A stretch of 64,000 nt of DNA from contig CM052817.1 in assembly GCA_028534125.1 (NCBI GenBank), positions 95,854,001 to 95,918,000 of the forward strand. The letters run 5' to 3'. The position numbers were made by a program, and so were the translations under genes. This DNA comes from Lama glama (lineage: Eukaryota). Shown piece after piece: positions 41,273 to 54,200 of the stretch (position 1 is the stretch's first letter; each line of letters starts with the position of its first letter). Under the pieces are notes generated by a model that saw only the letters and a program-made list of their open reading frames with translations, was not told the DNA's origin and did no database searches.

Positions 41273-42561
41273 TTGGAAAATATTTATAAATACATGTATT
41301 TTACTGCTCTGTCTAGGAAACACTGTTTTTAAAAAGAGAGAGAAACAAAAAGTAACAAACAAGACAAAACAAAGCACAACTGCCAGTTGGTCTAAGTTTC
41401 AGGGCAAGCCCTTTGCCTTCACTTGGAACTGTTCCTGATTCTTCCAGCACAGCTAGAGAAGAAAGCTGGAGGGTCACAGGCAGCTGCTTCCCTTGTCTTC
41501 TGTCCTTTTGTCCACGTGGGGTGCAGCTGGGCCCCAGCACAAGCCCAAATCCCCTCCACGCCCTAGGGGGCCAGCCCTGGCCTGCCCAGAGAATCCCCTT
41601 GGAAAGGGGCTTAGAGATGCTGAATTTGGGGGCCTTTGGTTTGAGTTCAGCCCTTCCCTGGCAAGTCAGCGGTGGCCGGAAATCCTTAGAAAAGTGCCAA
41701 GAAGGGTCAGAGGGGTGGCTGGGGCGTGAAACAATTAAAAATAGGGCTTCCGGGCAGGCAGCCATGGAGATCTCGCTCAATATGTAAATAAGTGTAAATA
41801 AGAGCAAGTTTTGGTGCTGAGGGGAGCCTGTGCACATTCTGTGTAGACAAGGCTGTCCCGGGCGCTGGTGGGCGGCCTTTATTCTGCACACAGACCAATT
41901 TATAAAAAATTTTTTTTCTGTCCAAAAAGAAAATAGCTCTACTGAGCTCTATTGGTGGGGGCGGGGGTAGGAGATTATTCTTACAACTTACATTTGTTAC
42001 TTGAAGAGGGGAGGAATGTCAATGAATAAGTCAGAACTGATTTTTAGCCACGAAAACCTTAATTCTGGAGCCTACTTGATACACAGCACTCAACTCTCCC
42101 ATCCCTGACATTTGTGGCACCTTTTAGAGCTGATATTATTCATTCACTCACGTGAGTGACCTCATTTCATCCTGGAATCAGCTCCGTGCGGTGGGTTTTA
42201 CCATCATCATCCCAACTGCAGAGAAGGACACCAAACTCAGGGAGGAGAAAAAACGCACAGCTGTGTGTCTGAACAGGCGCACACAGCAGTATAGAGGTGG
42301 TTCACTTTCTTCCAAGGAGTTTTACTGAGCATGCGCCAGGCGCCAGGCTCTCCGCTAGGTGTGAACCGGTGGCTGCTGCTTGCTCTTCCTCAAAACACAG
42401 GCTCTCCAAAGGTCAAGGCAATCCTTTAACTTCACTTGCAACTATTCCTCATTCTTCCAAAAGCAAAGCTACAGAAGGAAACTGGGAAGCACGAAGGCAG
42501 CTGCTTCCTTTATCCCCGTGGGCATCTTCCCCGCAGTCAGAGCTCCTGTCTGTCTGGGCTG

Positions 42562-42578
42562 GGCCAGCAGGGGGTGTC
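42562..42578 (+). promoter_or_regulatory. Candidate CTCF site
   Basis: ggCCAGCAGGGGGTGTc is a near-consensus CTCF core in the same orientation as the site at 41255. Confidence 0.45.
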
Positions 42579-43150
42579 CCTCCCTTGGGGCATCCCACTT
42601 TCTGGAAGATCAGGGTAGGCCAGGTGCCCAAGACCACAGCTTGCTTCAGGCTCCGCCAGGCGAGCAGGCCGGTGTCCAAACGCCAGTCTAGAAGCCACTC
42701 CCTCTGCTGACCTTGGTCCCCTCTGCGCACTCCCACAGGAGCAGACAGCCATCCTCACAAGTCTTCTCTCTGTCCAGGAGTTTGCGCTGCAAACTTCTGG
42801 TCTCTGTTTCCTCTGCATGGGGGGAGTAGAAAGGCTGCATTTGAAAGCAGCCTTCAGGGCTCTTGGGAGAAGCAAATGGCCGCAGTAACTCCTGAAGGGT
42901 TCCCCTGTGGCCTACGGGCTATGGCAGCAGAGGAAGTCGGAGAGGCAAAGAGCAAAGAAAGGCTCTGGGCAGTGGTTCCCAAAGGTACGCTCTGCAGCTC
43001 GGCCTTCCCTCAACTCCATTTTGGATTTTTTTTTTCCGGGAGCTTCTACGAGTTTATAACTAAACACACAGCTGTACACGCACACACAGCTTTAAAATCC
43101 AGCACCTGTCCAGTTTGTTGAGATGAGTAATGCCATGTGCTGTAACAGTG

Positions 43151-43650
43151 NNNNNNNNNNNNNNNNNNNNNNNNNNNNNNNNNNNNNNNNNNNNNNNNNN
43201 NNNNNNNNNNNNNNNNNNNNNNNNNNNNNNNNNNNNNNNNNNNNNNNNNNNNNNNNNNNNNNNNNNNNNNNNNNNNNNNNNNNNNNNNNNNNNNNNNNNN
43301 NNNNNNNNNNNNNNNNNNNNNNNNNNNNNNNNNNNNNNNNNNNNNNNNNNNNNNNNNNNNNNNNNNNNNNNNNNNNNNNNNNNNNNNNNNNNNNNNNNNN
43401 NNNNNNNNNNNNNNNNNNNNNNNNNNNNNNNNNNNNNNNNNNNNNNNNNNNNNNNNNNNNNNNNNNNNNNNNNNNNNNNNNNNNNNNNNNNNNNNNNNNN
43501 NNNNNNNNNNNNNNNNNNNNNNNNNNNNNNNNNNNNNNNNNNNNNNNNNNNNNNNNNNNNNNNNNNNNNNNNNNNNNNNNNNNNNNNNNNNNNNNNNNNN
43601 NNNNNNNNNNNNNNNNNNNNNNNNNNNNNNNNNNNNNNNNNNNNNNNNNN
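43151..43650. other. Assembly gap (500 N)
   Basis: Exactly 500 N, probably hiding the terminal SLC10A7 exons. Confidence 0.99.
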
Positions 43651-45247
43651 GGTGACAACGGCAGGAATTTAATATTCACACGAGAAAGTGTGCAAAGGAG
43701 GGAGGCCCACCTTTCAACAAAGCTGCTTACGTGGCCTTGACTTGCTCTGAATGAAAGTTGGCTGATGACCATTTTCTGACCATTTTGAGCCCATTAGGAA
43801 AATTAAAGATTGTGTTGTAGCCGTTGGTAACCTGGGCTGTCATCCTACCGATTCGCTGAAAGTTTTATCTCAATATAGAGGTGAGAAAAGACCAAAATGA
43901 GCAGCTGGTGTTATTTCTGTTCTGAAACAGGTACGGTCTGATTGGAAAAGATGTTTAATGAATGGCTTGGGCCGGCTCACCAGATGCTGACAATGAAACA
44001 TTTAACTCTACCAACTGAAGGTTTCTGCCTCGGAAGATTAGGTACAGCCTCACCTGTCTGACAGCATTGTAGGAGTAATTAGCAGCCAGGGAATTCGAGA
44101 ATGCATTACAGCGTGGAGCCACGGAGCCTCTATTCGGATGCTGGCTGTGGCTTCCGGGAGGGGGTCGCCATATTTATGGCGCCAGGTGGAAAGGAAGTGG
44201 AGGGAGATGACTATTTTCCCTTTGCTGGGCTGTGAGGGGAGAGTCGTTTGTCTTCCAAAGAGAAAATCTGGCTGGTGTTCACAATCACAGGATGCAAAAC
44301 ATCAAAAATAGAATGAGAATTTCATATGATGAAAATCCAAGGTCATCGGAATAGATTTCACATGGTCCCCAGCACAGAACTGGCCCCATCTGACTGGCTC
44401 TGGAAAAGCCTTGCCTAGGTTTACAGACTTTTTAAAGATGTGTTTTTATATAAATGAAGGAAAAACACTTGAACTCTTCAAGTCCGAGCCAATGAGAAGG
44501 ATGATGAGCAGGAGACACATTTTCAAGGATTCTGCCACAGCTTCTGATACCCTGAACTCCGTTTTCTTGGAAGATTCTGCAGTCACAATCTTACCAATGG
44601 ACAGTGGAACTTCCCCAAAGCGTCCAAACCTTAGTTAAGTAGTAAATGTGAGTAAACATGACTCAAATGCACATTAATTATTTTTAACACACATTTTTGG
44701 TTTTGTCACCATGACCACTAATCACCCTCTGTGGTAATTTTCTTCTTAATGGTACCGTGTATACGATAAATGTAAGCCATAGAAGAGCCGTCTTCTGACA
44801 CAAAAGAACAAGGCAGTTTTGATTTGGGGATTAGAAATCAGAGTTATTTGTCCTTAAATCCATCTCTCTTAAAAAAGACTGATACGTTTCTGTGGTTTAA
44901 CTTGGCTAGATGGTGTCCTGCTAACCTACTCCTGCCTTTTATTTATTTTCAATGATATAAAAATCGGGGAGTTAAGACCTCATTTAGAAGAATTTTAGGC
45001 CAAGGAAGAAAATTTTAAAAAACCCTGGTATTCCTGGAAACCATGAGGTTTTTCTAAGCCCCTTGGTTTTCTTTAAACTCTGAACACTTAACATATCAAA
45101 TCACAATGCAGAGGACTGTGGTTTTCACCAATCAGCACAAACAAGTGGCCCATTTTATCAACTAACGAGCAGGTGTCCTCCTACCTTGCACCCTTTCTGG
45201 AGTGCAGTGGAGCGTGCGCAGGTGCAGACACAGGAAGTCGCCTGATG

Positions 45248-45416
45248 CCGCGGTTCTCAGCGCCAGTGCTACGTCAGAATCACCTGGGTGGCTTCAAAAC
45301 ACTGTGACCCCTGGGTCTACCCTGAGAGATTCTGAGGTATCAGGTATGGGGAGGGTCCAGGCAGAGTTCTGCACAGCTCCTAGGTGATTCCAACGTGAGC
45401 CTGGTTGAGAAGCCGG
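45248..45416. mobile_element. MER5A DNA transposon
   Basis: ggttctcag...tcagaatcacctggg...gagattctga...ctcctaggtgattcc...ggttgagaa, with inverted termini. Confidence 0.75.
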
Positions 45417-45849
45417 GTCTGGTAACAGGGGAGAGCAGGAGGACTCTGGATGTTTCTGGAGGTAGACAGATGGCCACTCACTGTGTGCTGGCTCTACCTC
45501 TGTGCTCACTGTGGAAACGGGTGAGTTACTCGATCTCTCTGAGGCTTGGTTTTCTGGCGTCGACGATGGATCAGTAAGAGCTATTGCGCAGAGCTGTGGT
45601 GAAGATTAAATGAGAGAACATGGCAACCCACACGTCTAACACAGAGCCTGGCGTGTAGGAGGAGCCTTATGAATATCAGAACCTTCTCCTTTAAATGCGT
45701 CAAAGTGGCTTCCCATCTCCTCTCTGATCAAATGTTCACCTCAACCTTGTGAGACAAGAGAAAAATACAGGCTAGCCAGCTTGTGTGTCTGGCTGATTTC
45801 AAATTTCACATCATTTTACTATCAAAGTAATTTCATATCTTCCCTAACC

Positions 45850-47350
45850 CAGGAGTGCCTGAGGCCTGGTGCTCAGAGGTCTTCTCTCCTCTGCCTACCC
45901 ATCCCTCGGTGATCTCCTGCAGCCTGATAGCTTAAAATAACAACCACATGTACAAATGAACCTATTTACAGACCAGAAATAGACTCACAGACATACAAAA
46001 TAAACTATGGTTACCAAAGGGGAAAGGGGTGGTGGGGGTAGGAATGAATTAGGAATTTGGGGTTGACAGATAAACACTACTATATATATAATAGATAAAT
46101 AACAAGGACCTATTGCATAGCACAGGGAACTATATTCAATATTTCATAATAACCTGTAATGGAAAATAATCTGAAAAAGAATATATATATCTGTATACAT
46201 GTAACTGAATCACTTTGCTGTACACCTGAAACTAACACAACATTGTAAATCAACTAGACTTCAATAAAAATTTAAAAAAAAAAATCTAAAAAGAAAATTG
46301 TAACACTATTTAAAAAAAAAAAGCCAAACCCCCAAACATCTATATACTGAAAATTCTGGCCTGGACCAGAATTCCAGACTCATAAAGCCAGATCTCCACT
46401 GGATGTTGAAAAGACATCTCCAACTTGACATGTTCAAGATGGAACTCTTGATCTGCCCTGCACTCCTCTCCCACGGCTCAAATCTGTCCCTCTGTGATCT
46501 CATCCAGTCTAGTGAGTGGCAGCTCCGCCCTCTAGTCCCTCAGGCTGAACCCCTGGGATTCACCTTTGATTCCTCTTTCTCTTACATCCACATCCAATTC
46601 GTCAGCAAATCCTAGGAGTTCTGCATTCGAAATACAACCAGAATCCAAGGCTTTTCACCACTTCCACTGCTACTACCTTTAACCAAAGCACCCTAAGCTC
46701 TCGTCTGGATTCGAGGCTCCTAACTGGCTTTCCTGTTTCTCGCCGCTGTGCCCTTCTACCCAGCCAAGCCCAGCCCAGCAAGTGGAAGCTGGATCTTGTC
46801 CCTTGTCCACTCACACCTCTCCAGCTTCCCCTCTCCTCTGCATTCAGGGCAGGTCCTCACACGATACAACCCACTCCTCTCCCATTATTTTTTATCTGCT
46901 AGAACCCTTCCCTCGCTTATTCTGCTCCCTGAACACGGGCCCCTTCCTCTTCTTCCAACTTGCTAAGCACACCTTTGCCCTCACTGTTCCCTCTGGAGAG
47001 AACCTCCTTCCTCTGACTATCACATGGCTTGCTCCCTCTTTCCTTCAGGTCTTTGATCCAAAGCCCGCTTTAAGCCTAAAAGGTCCCCACACCTCCTTCT
47101 GGAACTCCCCATCCTCCTTTCTGGTTTTCTTCTTCTCCCCAGCACTTCCCATCATCTGATGCGCCATGTGGCTAAGTGTTTGTCTGTTGAACCTGGCTAG
47201 AGAGGAGGTTGGATAAGGGTGAGCACTTTGTTGTGTTTTGTCCACTGCTATCTCCTGCCCTCCCAGCCTCCGCCTGCCCTGAAGGCCTAGGACAGTGTCT
47301 GGCACAGAGTAGGCACTAAATATGCACTTGTGGAACCAATGCGCGAATAA
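45850..47350 (+). mobile_element. L2 LINE 3' portion, interrupted by an L1 at about 45951-46320
   Basis: atctccactggatgttgaaaagacatctccaacttgacatgttcaa...cacatccaattcgtcagcaaatcct...cctaggacagtgtctggcacagagtaggcactaaatat (L2 3' end). Confidence 0.75.
45951..46320 (+). mobile_element. L1 3' end
   Basis: tacaaatgaacctatttacagaccagaaatagactcacagac...gcacagggaactatattcaata...cattgtaaatcaactagacttcaataaaaa followed by an A tail. Confidence 0.9.
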
Positions 47351-47633
47351 AGTAAGTGATGTTTTAAAAACGTCTTCTCATTGGCACCAGGGCTTCCTGC
47401 ACATTTCTGCACTCGCTGTTAGTTGCAGAGAACTTGGTTTTTATTATATGAATATTTAGAAAGCTTGCTCTAGCAGCACCAGGGTAGTACCAGCACACAG
47501 GGGAGAGTATTAGTACAGAGAGCAAACTGCAGCAAAGGCAGCAGTGGGAAGTGTCACTGCTCCAATCCCGTTACTGCGCGCAGCTTCAGGACAGATGACT
47601 TTCCAAACGAGCTGGCTTCTGGGGGCCCAGGAT

Positions 47634-47760
47634 GGGGTGGGGGGAGGAGGTAAATTTGGTTTACTCATTTAGTTATTTTTTAATGAAATTACTGGGGATT
47701 GAACCCAGGACATCGTGCATGCTAAGCATGTGCTCTACCCCTTGAGCTATACCCTCCCCA
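47634..47760 (-). mobile_element. Camelid-type tRNA-derived SINE
   Basis: actggggattgaacccaggacatcgtgcatgctaagcatgtgctctaccccttgagctataccctcccc. Flanking repeat tgggggcccagga at 47620-47632 and 47768-47780. Confidence 0.9.
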
Positions 47761-50700
47761 AAGATCTTGGGGGCCCAGGAATCTATTGATCTTATGTCCA
47801 ATTTTATACCTCCTTCTGCCCCCGGGGTAACTTGTCAAAAACTTACTGCGTGCCCTATGGCTTTAAAAAACAGGCAGTTAACTTTAACATCCGGCTGGAG
47901 GCGTTTGGATGGGACTATAGATGGGCACAAGGAGGCTGTGGGTGTCACCTCATTCTACAGCCGTGGATTCCTTGATTCTTGCATGGAGATGGCTGACATT
48001 AAATCCACACAAACTGGTTTATAGCATCTGGTTCCATTAAGGGGGTTTCTGGGGAGAGGCATGGCCAAATAGTTAATGGGAGAGATGCAATTCTGAAACA
48101 GTGATTGTTATTCATCAGTCTCCGTCTGCAAGCTGAGATTGAGAGGCAGAGGCTTCAAGTGAAGGGGATCTCCTGGGTGAGACTCTTCACTTCAAACACA
48201 GAAAACAACCGTTGTTCTGTGATGCACATTTTAGTACTGCTAGAGGCAAACTTTCTAAATATTAATAATGATAATAATACTAGACAATCCCCTCTGCAAC
48301 TGACAACGGGTGCAGAGATGAACAGGGAGCAGTGGGAAACGGGCTGCTGTCAGCTCTCCTGATGTGGCAAAGGACGTGCTTGAGGACAATGAAGAAATGT
48401 GTGCCTCTTACTTCCCCTTTCAGAAGACAGCGTGCATAAAAGGACTCAGATAAAGATAACTTTCAAATAGTAGGTGTTCTGAAATTATTTTAAAGATGCC
48501 TAAATTTAAGCCTCAGCTTGCCAGGAAGACACGGTCTTAAAGGAAGAAAGCTCCAGTTTGGGGGTGAGTTTTTGGTATGATGGGCACTAAATGGATGCTT
48601 TCCTTTTGCTCAGCTTATACCTTGTGAAACACTGGCCTACTTCCACATCCAAACGCTGTGCTTTCACCAGATCCGTGCAAAGGAAACTCAAGAGAGCATT
48701 TGGAGGCAATAATAAGGGAACCACCACCACAGATGAGAAAAATGGGTACAGGTTTTTACCCCTCCTGGACATGACCGTGAAGTCATAGAATGAAGTGGGT
48801 GAGTCCTAGAAATCAGGGTCTAGTACCTACTCAGTTTTTTTTTTTATTTTGTTGTTTATCTTTTTCAGTAGTGGTGTGTCATAAGCCTCTATGTCCTAAG
48901 CATCTCATTTTGGCTAATGATGATATAAAAAGTGTCTAAAAGTGGGGTACACCACAGCCAGGCTAAAGTTTAAAAAACCTCAAGAACCTAGCTTGGCTCC
49001 AACTGGTTCCCACCATCGTGAAAAGGCACACACACAAAATCTGACTGAATGCTCTGCCAGGTCAGACGCCTGCCTAAGGACCGGGGTGGGGGAGCCAGGG
49101 TCTCTGGAAACGGCGAGGTGATGACAGGTGTATGGACTATGGTGACTTTTACACTTTTGTGTGCAGCATACCCTTTTTTGTAACGTGTTACCAAAATCAG
49201 GCTCCAAGGTCTTACTCTTAAAAATTCTGAATCAGTAGGCCTCCATTAAGGCCCAGTAATCTACATTTTTTTTTGAAGGAAGTAATCTGCTATATATTTA
49301 AGGGCTGCCCTTTGAGAAATGCTGATCTTCTGGTGCCCCTCCGAATGACTCAAGGTTCTACAGCTAGCAGTGAAATCTTTCAAAATCAGGGTATTATTGA
49401 ATGTTAGAACTAGAAGGCTCCCAGAGAGATCACCTGGCCTAAGCTGTCCGTGTGTAGTAACCAAGGGCTGATGCCAGAAGCCGGGTTTCACAGCAGAGGA
49501 CCTTCTGCAAAACTCTCCTCACTGCTCGGCACAGCGGCCAAGAGTCAGACCTGGCTGCACGCCCCGCTCTGCCACCTGGGGTCACGCGACTTGGGCAAGT
49601 GGAGTGCCCTTGGGATCGCACTTCCTTTATGGGGGTCACCGTGGGAGTGATGGCAGCTGATGCGCGGCACGGATGTGACCTACACCAGGCTGGTCAGGCG
49701 TAAGATCCAGAGTCCTTTGGGCAGACAGTGTGTAGTGGCTAAAGACGTTTTAAGGGTAGGTGAAGATCCCCTCCATCCCCTCGCCAGCAGCTCTGAAAAG
49801 TGAGCTGCCGTACATACGTGCATTTTTAACACAACATGTATTAGCAGTCAAGCACAAAAGCAGTTTCAGCAGACCTATCGTGCCTGTCAGATAAAGTCCC
49901 AGCCCTGACCTTTCAAGTGCTCTCACCAGCACCTGGCAGGAGGAGGTATCTCAAGGGACCAAGGTTACAGTCCAGAGCAGGGTTCAGTGACCCTGACAGT
50001 CAGCCTCAGGCGACTACCGGTCCTCCAAACAGAGGCTGGGCACAAAACCGGGTAGCAATCAGGCCTCCCGCACAGCCCTGGGGATTTCATACTCAGGCTA
50101 TAGGATTTGCTAGATTCTTTCAGAAAGTGGGAAGCGTGTCTCTATTAAGTTTTTAGGCAGTCTGCGTATCAGTGAGGGTCTGTTTATTGTACTTACGATG
50201 CAAAGCAACAAGTCAGTAATTTCATCAATAAAAACCTATTTCTGAATTTATTAAGCTAATTAGCAAAGTCGCTGGTTAAGAGAGATACAGATAACACAGG
50301 CATCTGTTGTAGCTGCCACTGGGGTGCTTTCTTACTGTACATGCCAGTGAGAGTTCTCCATCAGAGCGGTGGGCTGTCCTGGGAACTGAAATCTACACTG
50401 TCAACGTGAAGTATTGTCACGTAACAAAGTCCTGTAACAAGCACTTCGCACAGGGTTTGCCTCTTAAGTACCTAATTAATGTTCATTGTTATTATTACTA
50501 ACTGAAAACATGTTGAATAGAGAAAAAATAATTAAAAACAAATCAACAAAAAGTATAGAAACTCTATTATATAAGCTGGATTAATGAAATCTGAATGGAG
50601 CTGATCTTACTGCAAATCAAGAATTATTCCTAGTTTGAATTTATTAATTTAGTTCTGATTCCTACTTGGTATCAGAAATTTGGCTTAAAGTTCAGTGGAA

Positions 50701-51109
50701 AAGGGACAGTAGTAGCCAAAGCCTACATGGTCACTATTTGAGGAAGGCGATAAAATTTCACCAAGCAAGATATAAAGTCGTATTTTTCAGACCTTGGATT
50801 ATGACCCCATTAATGAGCTGTAAAATCACTTTAATGGGTTTTTATCTACCACTTGGTTAGAATGTGGGATGTATCACATAAAGTAAGAGTGGACGTTGTT
50901 TTGTAAAACTTTTACACACATGCAAATGTTTTCTGGATCACACTGTCAAAGGTATTTCTAACTGCAGGTTGCGGTTAAAAACTTCTAACAGTCCCTGGCA
51001 TAGGTAAACGTGGAGCAAGAGCAGAAAGAAGCATGGGGGTATCAGGGCAGAGGTCTTGGTGGACATTGAGTATGGCAGACATCTGCTGTAACATTAAGAA
51101 GTTGGGACT

Positions 51110-51255
51110 TGGGTACAGCTCAGTGGTAGAGTGTCTGCCTAGCATACATGAGGTCCTGGGTTCAGTCCCCAGTACCTCGGTTAAAAATAAGTAAATAAAT
51201 AAACCTAATTACCCCCTCCTTAAAATAATAAGAATAGATAAAATAAAAAGGAACA
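51110..51255 (+). mobile_element. Camelid-type tRNA-derived SINE
   Basis: gggtacagctcagtggtagagtgtctgcctagcatacatgaggtcctgggttcagtccccagtacc followed by a taaa tail. Confidence 0.9.
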
Positions 51256-54200
51256 AAGAAGAATGGGACATGAGGGTCAGGCTAGGGATCCCCCAAAGAG
51301 GGTTTTTTTTAAATTGAATTATACTCAGTTTACAATGTCTGTGCTCCTAAGAGGTGTTAATGTCTTTAATTTGATACTTCCGTGGAAACTGGGGACTTCC
51401 TAAATCTTTATTACAAAGTCTGGAGATGCTAGTGATGAATTTCAGACACCAACTCAGAATCAAGAGTTCAAAACAAAATGATCTGTAAACCTCTGAGGAA
51501 CCTAAGTGTATCACGTTGTTTGAGAACTGGCATTTTTCTCTTTCCTCCTGTGGATCAGAAAATACTATGAAACAAGACACTCCCCCACCTGTCTCCAGCA
51601 TGGTGGTAAAACCTACTGGGTCTTCAATTTCAGAGGCATCTTTAATAATCTGTCAGATGGTAGAGGTCCCCAAACTGCCTGTCCTTACAGACCTGCAGGA
51701 GCAAACTGCAGGACAGAAAATACACTTACAGCTATGCCCCAAGCACAGGCTATCTTCTCTTTACTCTGGACTCCCGTTTTCCCCTTACTAGGTTGCTGTC
51801 AAACAGCACTGCAGCTCTTAGTCTGCAAGAACAGAGTGTAGACAGTGATAGCCCATGAAAGGTAAGGTCTGGCTCATCAAGGCACACTTTAAACAGAACA
51901 TAACCTTTCATTAATAAAGAAAATATAAGGAATGAGAGCCAGTTTATGACTAGGCCACAAGGAATATATGCTTACGGCCACAGTGAGAGATACTGACTGT
52001 TTTAAAACTGTCTTGTAATGAACAATGTAATCAGAAGTAATGGTTTTTCCTTAAACAATCAATAAAATAATTCAAACCTATGTTGAGAGGGCACAATTAT
52101 AATACTTTGGCTCAGTCTAGTACATTTTGGTCTTCAAAGTGCTTTCATATCGTGTTTCTCAATGCAGTTCTGGATGTTAGGAGACCTGGAACCTACCCTC
52201 TATTAGTCACATGATCTGGAATAAATTTAACACTTTTTTCTATGCTTTCATTTCTTGGTCATAATTACTGACTTACTAATACTTGAGATTGTTTAGGTAA
52301 CACGACTTAGTGAATTAAAGGGTTTAAAAAAGTGCTTCCCAATCGTAGGGCAGTTTTATTAAGATAATAGGCTTTGTGTGCCAAATAGAATCGCAAAGAA
52401 GCTTTTACAGGGAAAAGAAAAACAGAAATGCCAACTTCTGTATTTCAATTCCATTTCCCCTTGAGAAAATGACCCGGATGTTGTCAAGCAATCGTTTCAG
52501 CCCAAGCTGCAGGTAATCCTTTAGCTCTCTTGAAAAGCTTCTAAATAAAATGGAAAACAAAATCCTTTTCATATTTTGTTTCTCCCGTGAAACTCTTCAG
52601 AGAGGATGAAGATATTTTTGAACCTCTTCAGGAAAACGTAACAGCCTTATCTCCTTTCTTGTAATGTTGTAACATTATTTACATAGCTGTTCCTTTCCAG
52701 AACTCTTTTCCTTTTCGCACAGAGCAGGGGAACTTAACGGTAACATCAATCACTTCACACCAGGCTCACAGAAGCCTAAAACTGGAAGGAATCTCAGGGA
52801 CCCGACTTGTTCATCTTCTCATTTTACAGATTTGGAAATTGAGGCTGATGGCAATTAAGTGTTTGTTCCAGCTTTTGGTGAGAGAACTGGAACTTGAATC
52901 CAGACTAGAATCATTGGTGATAATCAGGTTGGCAATCTGTTCCACTCTTTCCAGAATCCCACGTCTACCAAAAAGCTATGTTCTTGCTTAATGCACAGTT
53001 TCTCGTCACCGCTCAGCTGTGTAAATGCAAGTGCAGACTCATAATGAAGTTCAATATTCAGCACAGCTGCTGTGATTGGTCTCTGTGTACAAATGTCTAT
53101 AAATGGTAAGGCCCATAGTGGACTTTTAATAAACGTTGCTCATGACATGCTATTTAAAATTTAAACAGCATTCTTCCAATTCGGAAAAGCCTTTGGAAAC
53201 AAGCAACATCTGGGAACCTCACAATTGATTGCCAGCTGTCAGCTGACACACTCGAAGAGTGTACGCTTTCAATCTTGCCATTTGAAAACATGAAAAACTA
53301 CTATAAACATACACTTTAAGGATCTCAAACATCCTTAAACATTCTCTTTCTAGGAATACGAGAAAGCTTTCTATGCATGTTAGAACTCTGGATAAGCAAA
53401 GTGACTCGAATACTCAAGAGAAAAAGATTTTTAAAAAGTGAAATACTAATAATTCAAACCTTGGATTATGACCCAAGGCTGGAATTTTTTTCACAATGAG
53501 CCCGACTGGGCGTGCACTGAACCATTAGTAACGAGGTGCAAGCTGTTCTCCTATCTCTGTAAAATACCTTCTCATTATTATACAAGTATCACCATCCAAC
53601 TAGAGAATAATCTGGGAGAGTTCATGGCTTTTAGGGCAACCCACAGCAAGTGATGCTGTCTGGACAAGATATAATTACATCCGACCCTGAGTCGCAACTC
53701 TAGGCGAGCAGCACACAAGCCCTGTAGTTTTGTTCAGACGAGGCCCAGTGATAGCTCTGCACTTCCTCCAGGCCTCCTCCTCCTTCCTGAACGAACTCCA
53801 GGGAGTGGCATCATGTCAGGCTTTCCAGATGGATTATGTGAAGCCATAGCTCAATGTCATTTTCAATAGGAAGCCTCATAATTAAAGGTCAAATAGTCAC
53901 TTCATCTGCAATCAATCAATAGAAAAAGTACTAATACGAAGAACTAATCAATCAATGGCAAATGCCCTAATAAAAGCCATGAATCAAATTCAGCATGTGT
54001 GTAGATGCAAGCGCACCGAAGAGACTGAGACAGGGCGAAAGCAAGAACAATAAAATAAACCACAAGTGTACGGACAAGAGGGTATCCAGGAGGCGTCTCA
54101 GGCCAGAGTTTTCGTCTTTGGTTCATTAGTTACCTGGGTACCACTTTGCCAGCAATAGTTTATTCTTAAATACAAATACTGGATGTGATAATACATATTA

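Noticed and set aside
43092..43772. Long ORFs (180-226 aa) in the ORF track
   Set aside because: Artefacts of the second 500-N gap.
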